The notes under the pieces: model-generated | Database searches by the model: none | Told to the model about the DNA's origin: nothing | Seen by the model: only the letters and a program-made list of their open reading frames with translations | Position numbers and translations under genes: made by a program | Assembly (NCBI GenBank): GCA_034722055.1 | Contig: JAYENL010000047.1 | Location: forward strand, 1 to 13,905 | Source: Armatimonadota bacterium | GTDB taxonomy: Bacteria > Armatimonadota > Zipacnadia > Zipacnadales > UBA5352 | Length of the DNA stretch: 13,905 bases | Direction: 5' to 3' | Shown here: positions 1-8,403 of the stretch, piece after piece | Numbering within the stretch: the stretch's first letter is position 1 | How the letters are laid out: each line of letters starts with the position of its first letter

Positions 1-542
1 ACTTCGCGCGCTCCTGAGGAGCGCCCTCAGGCGGCCCCTCCACGGCCAACAGCCCTCCGCTTGAGACCGAAGGTCTCCAAAGGTAAGGCCGTATGGAGGG
101 GCCGGACCACTGTCCGGCCCGCCGTTCCTTACCTTTACGCACATCGTGGCGAGTGGCGATTCGCTGTCTGCCGTCCGGAGGGGCCGTCTGAGGCTCCAGT
201 TCGCTGCAGCCGAAGCCGGCCCGGCCGTTGGCCGTCCGGGCCGCCGATTGCGTCACTTCGCCCCCAGCGGGCCGACTTCGCGCGCTCCTGAGGAGCGCCC
301 TCAGGCGGCCCCTCCACGGCCAACAGTCCTCCGCTTGAGACCGAAGGTCTCCAAAGGTAAGGCCGTATGGAGGGGCCGGACCACTGTCCGGCCCGCCGTT
401 CCTTACCTTTACGCACATCGTGGCGAGTGGCGATTCGCTGGCTGCCGTCCGGAGGGGCCGCCTGAGGCTCCAGCGTTGTTTGCTGCAGCCGAAGCCGGCC
501 CGGCCGTTGGCCGTCCAGGCCGCCGATTGCGTCACTTCGCCC
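1..542. repeat. Two-copy tandem repeat (period 274 bp) built of GGAG-footed REP-like hairpins; BIME-like, probably continues left of the window
   Basis: 1-263 aligns with 275-542 with about five substitutions and one 5-nt indel. Each unit contains several palindromes (GAGACC-GAA-GGTCTC, GGGCCGGAC-CACT-GTCCGGCCC, AAAGGTAAGG...CCTTACCTTT). The right end overlaps the stop codon of the 532-2598 gene. Confidence 0.92.
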
Positions 543-2598
543 GCCGCCGCGTGAGCGTCACGTCATCGAACCACGCCTCCCCGACGCCATTGATCCCCAG
601 GCGCACGGCCACCTGCGCCACGTCCTGGCGCGTGATGACCGTCCGCACCGTCAGCTTCTCCCAGCCGTCGGTGGCCGCGACGCGCCCCACCTCCACGTCC
701 AGCGGGCTCCAGCTCTCCGCGGCCGCGCCCTCGGCGTCGAAGCCCAGGATCTCCAGCACCGCCCCCCGCTCGGTCTTCTGCAGGTCCTCCTCGATGCGCA
801 CCCAGGCCGTGGCCTCCAGCGCGTCCCAGTGCTGCGCCGGCACCAGCGCGCTGCGCGCATCCGCGGTCACCCAGTCGTACTCCTCGCCCTGGTAGATGGA
901 GGGGCTCTCGGAGGTGAACTGGAGCGCCCTCTCGCCGGTGCGCGCGTCGCCCACGAGGCCCCGCTGGCCGGCCTGTTCGTGCGCCGCCGGCAGGTCCGGC
1001 CAGCCAACCACCTCGCCGTCCGCCGTCTCCTCGAAGGACGGGTTCGCCAGCAGGTTCGGCGAGGGCTTCGCCTTCGCCAGCTCCTGCACAAGCGGGTAGT
1101 AGCGCTCCGCCAGGTAGAAGTTGGGCAGCACCTCCGCATCCCGCACGAAGGGGCTGGTGTTCATTCGCTGCCAGTGTTCGTATGTCGCGTGCCGCAGGGT
1201 CCTGGATGCCGTCCGCGCCGCCTGAAAGGCAGCGGCGAACCGTGCCTGCTCGATGTGCTCGCGCGCCAGCGCGACGTCGCGCCCGGCATCATCCACGGCC
1301 GCCCGCAGATCCCCCGCATGCGGGTAGCCAGCGGCCTCCAGGGCACTGAGTACGCGCTCGACCTTGTCGCGGTGCGCCCCCGCGGCCTGCGTCGCGAACT
1401 GCGCCGCATCCACCCGGAGCTCGTCCATCTTCCCCTTGGCGTCGGCGACCAGCGCCTCGTCATCCGTGAGCAGCAGCAGCCCGGTCATGTCCACCCGTCC
1501 CGTGCGCAGGGTCGTGCCCTCGGCGCGCCCCGTGATATCCACCACGCCTCGATCCAGCGACAGCTCGTACACCCGCTCGCCCTCTCGCAGCGCCCGTTCC
1601 AGGTCCACGGTGGCGCCTTCGACCATGGCGGCGTCCACATGATACTGGCTGTCGTCGGTGATGACCGCCAGCAGCACCAGCGTCCCGCCCGGGAACCGCA
1701 CCGGCCAGGCGTGCAGCGTCGGCTCGGAGGTCGCCAGCTCCTCGCCCACCGTGCCCTGGGCCAGCCACGGGCCGATGACCTCCAGCTCGCAGCCCACCAG
1801 TGCCGCCTCGGCGTAGCGGTCCACCCCGTGATACTCCTCGGTGAAGTAGCGGTTCAGGAAGTACATGATCCCCCTGCAGCCCGCCGCCATCGCCGAGTAG
1901 GCCACCATCCGCACGTTCGAGCCGTCCGGGTACAACGACGGGCACCACTTCACCGACGGGTCCAGATACCGCTGCGTGTACCAGATCTGCACGTGCGCCT
2001 GGGCCCAGGTCCACAGGTATGTCTCGGGCCCCACGATGCTGTGCCGCTCCCGCAGCCGGCTCTGGTAATCCAGCAGCGTCGGCTCCTTCAGCAGCGGGTA
2101 GTGATAGGCGCAGAACATCTCGTCGAACCACTGGTACTGGTCCCAGTTGTGGATGACATCCAGCATGATCGGCCGGTCGTACCGGTCTCGCTCTCGAATC
2201 CACTCGAACGCGTAGCGCACCTGTTCCACGTGCTCGCCGCGAAGGTCGTCGCCGATGTTCCACGCCAGCAGGTTCGGGTGATCCCGCACCGCCAGCACGT
2301 GCTCCTCGTGCCTGTCGGACCACCCTGGCGCGTGGGGGTAGCTGACGATCATGAAGTCATGCTCCGCGGCATCGTCCAGCAGGTCCGGCACCGGCACCAT
2401 GCCGCTGTGCACGCAGTTGAAGTGGTGCCGCGTCATGGACTCCACCGACTCGATCACGCCCCAGCAGCCGTAGGGGAAGAACGGCTCCCCATCCACGGAG
2501 AGCCGGTTGTCCTCCAGCTCCACCCGGGGCATCTGCTGCGCCGCGCATGGAAGCGCCGTCACCACGAACAGCAGAATCGCCGCCGCTCTCATCCACAT
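532..2598 (-). CDS. Secreted glycoside-hydrolase-like (GH-A-like TIM barrel) protein with C-terminal carbohydrate-binding (CBM4/9-like) domain, ~688 aa
   Basis: Long ORF with high GC3. Signal peptide (MWMRAAAILLFVVTALPCAA), 'LSVDGEPFFPYG', 'HPNLLAWNIGDD' strand-4 motif, C-terminal 'NLLANPSFEE...AWFDDVTL' CBM signature. Start moved from 2619 to ATG 2598 because AGAGGAGG lies 8 nt upstream of it. Confidence 0.8.
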   Translation of the reverse strand: MWMRAAAILLFVVTALPCAAQQMPRVELEDNRLSVDGEPFFPYGCWGVIESVESMTRHHFNCVHSGMVPVPDLLDDAAEHDFMIVSYPHAPGWSDRHEEHVLAVRDHPNLLAWNIGDDLRGEHVEQVRYAFEWIRERDRYDRPIMLDVIHNWDQYQWFDEMFCAYHYPLLKEPTLLDYQSRLRERHSIVGPETYLWTWAQAHVQIWYTQRYLDPSVKWCPSLYPDGSNVRMVAYSAMAAGCRGIMYFLNRYFTEEYHGVDRYAEAALVGCELEVIGPWLAQGTVGEELATSEPTLHAWPVRFPGGTLVLLAVITDDSQYHVDAAMVEGATVDLERALREGERVYELSLDRGVVDITGRAEGTTLRTGRVDMTGLLLLTDDEALVADAKGKMDELRVDAAQFATQAAGAHRDKVERVLSALEAAGYPHAGDLRAAVDDAGRDVALAREHIEQARFAAAFQAARTASRTLRHATYEHWQRMNTSPFVRDAEVLPNFYLAERYYPLVQELAKAKPSPNLLANPSFEETADGEVVGWPDLPAAHEQAGQRGLVGDARTGERALQFTSESPSIYQGEEYDWVTADARSALVPAQHWDALEATAWVRIEEDLQKTERGAVLEILGFDAEGAAAESWSPLDVEVGRVAATDGWEKLTVRTVITRQDVAQVAVRLGINGVGEAWFDDVTLTRRRAK

Positions 2599-3067
2599 AT
2601 CGCAGGCCTCCTCTGTCATGGCGTGAACAGGCTCGTCTCCGCGAATGAGCCGAAGATCCCGCGCCGGCTCGGGTCCGGGGAGCTCGCCGCCCCCACCGAC
2701 GCCCGGGCAAGGACACTGCCGCCCACTGTATGCAGACCGTCAGCGCCCGGGACGCCCCAGCGAGCAGCCGCGATCCACTGGTGCGAGCGACCCCGCACGG
2801 CGGGCACGCCCGGCTGCCAAGGTCTTGGCTGCACCCTCAGGAGCGGTTCCAGACCTGGCGGAGTCCACCTTCCACCTGCACGTGGTTGCAGCGGGCGGGT
2901 CCGTCCTCAGATTGCCGGCTGCGGTCGGGGGCGGGCCGCAGGCCCGGAGTCCTTGCTCCACCGCACGGAGGTCAGACGCGCCTATGGCCGACGCGCGCTG
3001 AAAGGCCCACATTCGGACCAACCACGGTGCCCGGCGTGGCGTACTCCCGAAACCCGGGCGAGGGCTG

Positions 3068-3586
3068 CTATTGCCTCAGCCACTCATTCACCTGTTGGTA
3101 CGCCCGCCGGCCCTCAGCCATGACCCGGCCATCGGCGTCGTAGATAACGAAGTGGGGGATGCTGTGCAGCGAGTACTTCCGCGCCACCGGCGACTGCCAG
3201 TCAATGCCGCTCACTCCGGGCCGGTTGATGTCCACCTTCACCACGGCGATGTCGTCGCGCCTGGCCGCCAGCTCCTCGAGCTTCGGGGATATCACCCGGC
3301 ACGGCGGACAGTAGTCGCTGTAGAAGTCGAAGATCGTGATCTTGCCGGCGACCACATGATCCTCCAGACTGACCTCCTTGCCGTAGCTGATGGTCTTGCC
3401 TGTCGGAGTCGGGTCCTGCGCAGTGGGCCTGGCGGGCTCCCGGATGGGCGCTGGACTCTCCCCGGCGGGCGGCGGGTCCTGACTGGCTCTCCCGCAGCCC
3501 GTCAGCACCAGCGGTGGCACCATCGCGACCACTGCCATCATCATGAGCGTCCGCCGGACACGAGCGGTTTCGCTGGCCTTGGGCAT
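3068..3586 (-). CDS. Thioredoxin-family lipoprotein (CPPC active site), 172 aa
   Basis: 'ITIFDFYSDYCPPCRVISPKLEELA', 'VVKVDI' and cis-Pro motif 'SIPHFVIYD'. Lipobox LTGC followed by a Pro-rich linker. GGAGG 8 nt upstream of the ATG. Confidence 0.9.
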   Translation of the reverse strand: MPKASETARVRRTLMMMAVVAMVPPLVLTGCGRASQDPPPAGESPAPIREPARPTAQDPTPTGKTISYGKEVSLEDHVVAGKITIFDFYSDYCPPCRVISPKLEELAARRDDIAVVKVDINRPGVSGIDWQSPVARKYSLHSIPHFVIYDADGRVMAEGRRAYQQVNEWLRQ

Positions 3587-3794
3587 TGCACTGACCTCCC
3601 TGTCCGAGTCTGCTCGCTGTACCGACCGTGCGGCTGCGCCGAGACCTCATTCGAGTCTGGCGACTGAGCGCTATCATCCCTGCCTTGGCCTCAGGCGGCC
3701 AGGTCCTGCAGCTAGTGCTCACTTGCGCAATTCCGCGTACTTTGACGACGGGCACAGTCGCCGCTTGATTGCCTCAAAAACCCACCGTGTCCGG

Positions 3795-4046
3795 TGGAGG
3801 GGCCGCCGGGCGCGCAGCGCCCGGTGAGGCCTGTGACTGAGACTTCGTAGAAGTCTCCCAGCGAATAGGCCTCAGGTTCCACCCCGGCCCGGTGGATAGC
3901 TCTACCCAGAGGCTAAACGGCGCGCAGGCGGGGGCGCCTGCGGGAGACCTTCGGTCTCAAACGAGTGGGCCGGGGTGGAACCTGCGCGGTCAGTCGCTAC
4001 CGCTCCTGCTCGCGCCCCGCTCGCTTCGCTCGCGGCGGCCCCTCCA
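3795..4046. repeat. Inverted pair of GGAG-footed REP-like elements (REPIN/MITE-like), same family as 1-542
   Basis: 13-bp terminal IR TGGAGGGGCCGCC (3795-3807 / 4034-4046) and 18-bp inner IR (3873-3890 / 3967-3984). 3943-3960 is the exact reverse complement of 61-78 and 335-352. Confidence 0.8.
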
Positions 4047-4104
4047 TGGCGGGCACCCGTCTTGTCGTGACGTAGGAAGGTACGGGAACTTCTGCGACTT
4101 AGCA

Positions 4105-7100
4105 CTAATGCTCCGCGTCGGTCTGTTCCACCTCTTCCCTGACGAGCCGCTGGTAGCCGAAGCCGACGGCGATCAGGGCGATGCCGATGCCCAGCAGGGC
4201 CAGGATGCGGTAGAAGATGTCCAGTGCGCGCATGTCGAGGAGGAAGACCTTCAGCACCGTGATGGCCAGCAGGCCCATGCCAATCCATCTGATGGGCGCG
4301 TTGCTGCGCAGGAGCCCGAAGGTGATCAGGGCTGCACCGTAGACCGTCCAGACCGCCGACAGGGCGTACTGCTGGGGGTCGCCCTCCGCCCCCAGTGTCC
4401 AGCCCGCGAAGTGCCACGCCTCCCAGGTCAGCACCCACCACAGTAGGACGCTGGCGAGGTAGGGGATCGCGCCGGCCACGATCTCTTCCTCCTCCCCCAC
4501 GTGCTCCAGGTTCCGCCGGTACCAGTGTGACGCCAGGTAGAGCATGGCGGTGATGACCAGCAGCGGGAAGGCGTAGTGGTTGGCCAGCAGTCGGTAGGTC
4601 TCCGGCGTCAGGCCCGGGTCAACGAGAAAGACCTTGCCGGCGACCAGGCCCAGCGCCGCTAACCCCACCCAGCGCAGCGCGGCGCTGTTCCGCTGCAGGC
4701 CCATGACCAGCATGACCGAGCCGAAGATCACCCAGATCATGGACAGGGCCATCTGCTGACCGGCGCGGCCGGCGTCCGTCTGCCAGCCCAGGTAGAGCCA
4801 GGCCTCCGAGCTGGCGACCCACAGCAGCAGGCCGGTCGCCACCACCACGACCGCCGTGCCCACATCGCGCTCCGAGTCGCTGACATGGTCCGTTCTCGCG
4901 TACCATGCTCCCAGCGCATAGAGCAGGGCGGCTATCGCCAGCAGCGGCGCTGCGTGGGCATTGATCAGCGGCAGGTAGGTCTCCAGCGGCGGCTCCCCGG
5001 CGAAGATCTTCAGGACCGTCACACCCCACAGTCCCAGGGCCGCCCAGCGCAGCGCGACAATGTTGCGGGCGGTCCCGATGACCATCAGCGCGGCTCCGAA
5101 GATCACCCACACGCCTGACAGCGCGAAGTGCTGGGCCGCGCGGTCCATGCCGAGCTGCCAGCCGACATAGCACCACGCCTCGGAGCTGCAGATCCACACC
5201 AGCAGCACGGTGGCGAAGGCCAGCAGGCCGGTGGCGTTGGTGCGCTCACCCTCCTGAAGCTGCTCGCGGAAGCGCAAGTAGAGGGAGCCGCAGATGTACA
5301 TCGCCGCGATCACCGCCAGCATCGACAGGGCGCGGCTGTTGGCCACAACCTGGTAGCCGTCTGGGGAGATGCTGCTATCGACCACCATCGCCCTCACCAG
5401 CGGCAGGGCCAGGACGACCAACGCCCCACTCCGGAGCGCCGGGGCACGGAAGGCGAAGCCCAGGCCCATCAGCAGCACGACCTCGGCGGCCCACAGCGCG
5501 CTGACCGGCCAGCCGCGCGCCAGCAGGGGCACGGCCAGCGTCAGGAAGACGACGCTGAGGCCCACGTGGAGGGGGCCGAACCAGGTCTGCGCGGGGCGGC
5601 GGCGGATGGCCGTCACGCCCGCCGTGGCGTAGAGGGCGACCAGACCCAGGGCGAGCAGACCGCTCGCGCCCTCGATCCTGTGCAGATCGTAGAAGCCCGC
5701 GCCGAAGAACGCCGCGGCGTTGGCACACGCCAGGGCGGCGTCTCCGACCCCGGCCCCCGCTGCTCGCACGCCGTGCCGTCTCCACGCGGTGACGACGAAC
5801 GCCAGCAGGTACAGCGGCGTGAAGCTGAGGTGTGCCGGGTCCGGCGCAGCGTGGCCGCTGACGTTGCGCCATGCCACATAGAGGGCCCAGGTGCCGATCA
5901 GCGTCACCCATTCCAGCCCGTGCCATCCCCGCCACTCGATGGCGATGAGGGTGGCGATGGCAGCAAGCGCCAGATATGTCGGGATCACCAGCTCCGGTGC
6001 CGCCGGGCCCATCATGCCTGTCAGCGGCAGAGCCGCGAACGCGCCCACCACGGCGATGATGCCGAGCGTGCGGTTGTCTCGATAGGCGCTCACGCCAAGC
6101 GCCCCGGCGCCGAGCAGGGCCAGGTACATCAGCGACAGGTGGCTGACGGCGCCCCCGGTCACCCCATCATGGAGCAGGCCGGTGGCGAGGAAGGCCGCGA
6201 TCCCACCGATCGCCGAGAAGGCGCTCCAGGGGAAGAGCGCACCGACCACCAGCACGCTGGCCGCCAGCAGCAGCAGATACGCAAACATCGCCACACCGGC
6301 GACGGGCACCGGCGATGCCCAGGCCAGGATCGCCGCGGCAGCATATGCAGTGCCGACCGCAGAGAGGGCCAGCGGCTCGGCATCGGGCCGGCGGCCGGCG
6401 GACACCGCCAGCGTGCCGCCCACCGACATAGCCGCATACAGCAGCATCCAGGTGCCCATCTCCTCCACGCCGGCCCGCCGGATCAGCGGCAGCAGCAGGA
6501 GGAAGCCCGCGAAGGAGCCCAGCGCGCCCAGCCACCGCATGCTGCGCCAGTCCTGCATGTGCCCCAGCCACAGGGCGGCGCCCGACAGCGCCAGCAGGTA
6601 CATGTAGGGCACGAAGGGGGACCCTCTGGAGGCGGTCAGCAGCACCACCGCCGTCACCAGATACCCGGCCACGGCGCCGATGGCCCCGAAGTTCTCGCCC
6701 TCCCGACCCTTGCGGCTGGCCGACACCCACAGCATCCCGGCGGTCACCAGCATCAGGTAGGTCAGCGTCCAGCCCAGCGCGCCGCCGCTGACCCGGAAGA
6801 TGTAGGCGCCGCTGGAGTAGGCGCCAAGCAGCGCCAGGCCCGTGAAGGTCGGCCAGGCGTAGCGGTGACCCACGACGAAGACGGCCACGCTCAGCAGCGC
6901 CAGATACGCAAACAGGGGGCCGGGACCGGCCGACTCACCACCGCCCCCCTCGCCGCCACCGATGAGCAGGGGTACGGCGTACCCGGTGATCCAGGCCAGC
7001 GTCGCCACCGTCTCGGACTCGTGGCGGACGGCCTGCACGGCGGCGGCCACCGTGACGAGCGCCATCGCCGGGAAGGTCGCCGCCGAGCCCATGAATCCGT

Positions 7101-7922
7101 AGAGGTGCTGGCCCTCCCACAGGGTCAGATACAGCAGCGCGGCGCCGCCGCCGGTAAGTGCCTGGCTCTGGATCTCGTAGCCCCGCCGGTGGGCGTACTC
7201 CGCACCGCCCATGACCGCAATGCCCGCCACGTGCCCGCGCCGAGCAGCATCTGGGGCGTGATCCAGCCCTCGCTGTAGGCGTACTTGAGCAGGAAGGCCA
7301 CCGCCAGCAGCACCGCCACCATCCCGATCCGCGTCAGCCAGGCGGTGCCGATGGTGACCTCGATGCCGCGACGCGGTCGCTGGGCCGGCGTAGGCTCCTC
7401 CGATGGTGCGCCCGGTTCCGCCGCGGCTCCCTCCGGCTCAGGCTGCGCGGGCTCCTCGGTCGGTGGTGGCGGCTCCGCCGCGGCTTCCTCGGACTCGCGA
7501 GGCGTGGGCTCGCGCCCCGCAGGTTCCTCCGGCTCGGATGGAGGCGGTGGCTCCCCGGTGACGTCACGTGGCGGCCCAGGTGCGGCCGGCGGGGCCACGA
7601 CCTGCTTTGAGTCCAACCTGGCCCCACACTCCATGCACCGCTGGTCGGAGGCGAATACCCGCGCACCGCACACCGGGCACGTAGACTCGCCTCCGGGCGC
7701 GCTCACGCCCCCCGTTCGGTCTTCCCGAGGAGGCGGTGGTGGGGGCGGTGGGGGCAGTACTGTCGCCCCCAGGGGAACCGCCAGCGTCCCGGACAGCTCC
7801 TCGATGCTCGCCTCGGTCCAGCCGCCCTCGCGAAGTGACTGCGTGATCTGTTCGTCGGAGATGCCGCGCTCACGTGCACGCCCCACGAACTCCCGACCTG
7901 CAGCAAGGCGGTCCTCGTCCAT
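4105..7922 (-). pseudogene. DUF2339-type predicted multi-pass membrane protein with N-terminal zinc-ribbon/Pro-rich region; 1-nt frameshift at ~7231 (true lesion or sequencing error); ~1272 aa if restored
   Basis: The upstream frame ends in the DUF2339 N-terminal motif 'IEVTIGTAWLTRIGMVAVLLAVAFLLKYAYSEGWITP'. The downstream frame continues 'AGIAVMGGAEYAHRRGY...LTGGGAALLY' and ends with 'LKVFLLDMRALDIFYRILALLGIGIALIAVGFGYQR'. ATG 7922 is preceded by GAAAGGGG. CPVC...CMEC zinc ribbon near the N-terminus. Confidence 0.82.
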
Positions 7923-8096
7923 GGCAGACCCCTTTCGTCGCGGCACGTCGCCTCTTCAACCTGATTCTCCCCGTTGCGCTCTCCATCATGATGGGCCGAT
8001 GGCATCAATCACGGAGACCACGAGGCCCACTTCCCTGGGACCTCGCCAGCGGCGAGGCGCCCGCGTTCGGCGGCCCGGGGCGCTCCTGGCCTGAAG

Positions 8097-8340
8097 GCGG
8101 AGGCAGTGCAGGCGCTGATGGCCGGCCTCGACGGAGAAGATAGTGGCGTGGGGGAGGCCCCGGCCACGGCACCGGGCGCGGCCCGCAGCGGTGGACTTCG
8201 ACTCGTTCGACCCCGACAGAGGTGTCAGGAAAGCGGCGGCGCTCAGCCTGCCGGCACTCGGCGACGACGCCGTGGCGAACGTGCTCCGGGGGGAGGCCCA
8301 GCGCGGAAGCGAGTCCGCCGCTGAGGCCCTCGAGGCATCG
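8097..8340 (+). pseudogene. Degraded fragment resembling HEAT/PBS-lyase repeats
   Basis: One frame reads 'AEAVQALMAGLDGEDSGVGEAPATAPG', the next frame 'DPDRGVRKAAALSLPALGDDAVANVL'. Both resemble the HEAT_2 pattern AV.AL...L.D.D..VR.AAA.AL..LG. No clean start or continuous frame. Confidence 0.4.
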
Positions 8341-8403
8341 GTCAGGTGGGGGCGATGCTCGCGCCCCCGGGATGGTGACCGGATGGTTCGCGCCGGGGAG
8401 GCC

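Noticed and set aside
61..80. Inverted BsaI sites (GAGACC/GGTCTC) as a synthetic cloning scar
   Set aside because: They occur three times as part of a natural repeat-associated hairpin, with no vector sequence nearby.
1..542. CRISPR array or protein-coding repeats (ORFs 61-291, 135-416, 146-895)
   Set aside because: Units are 274 bp and near-identical throughout, with no unique spacers and no cas genes. The ORFs are low-complexity translations of palindromic GC-rich DNA.
2620..3067. Gene or riboswitch in the 450-bp gap between the thioredoxin and GH-like genes
   Set aside because: Short ORFs in several frames lack motifs and RBS, and no riboswitch consensus was recognised; possibly decayed coding DNA but not callable.
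3742..3770. Plus-strand promoter TTGACG-N17-TTGATT pointing into the 3795-4046 element
   Set aside because: The -10 lacks the near-invariant A at position 2; too weak to call.
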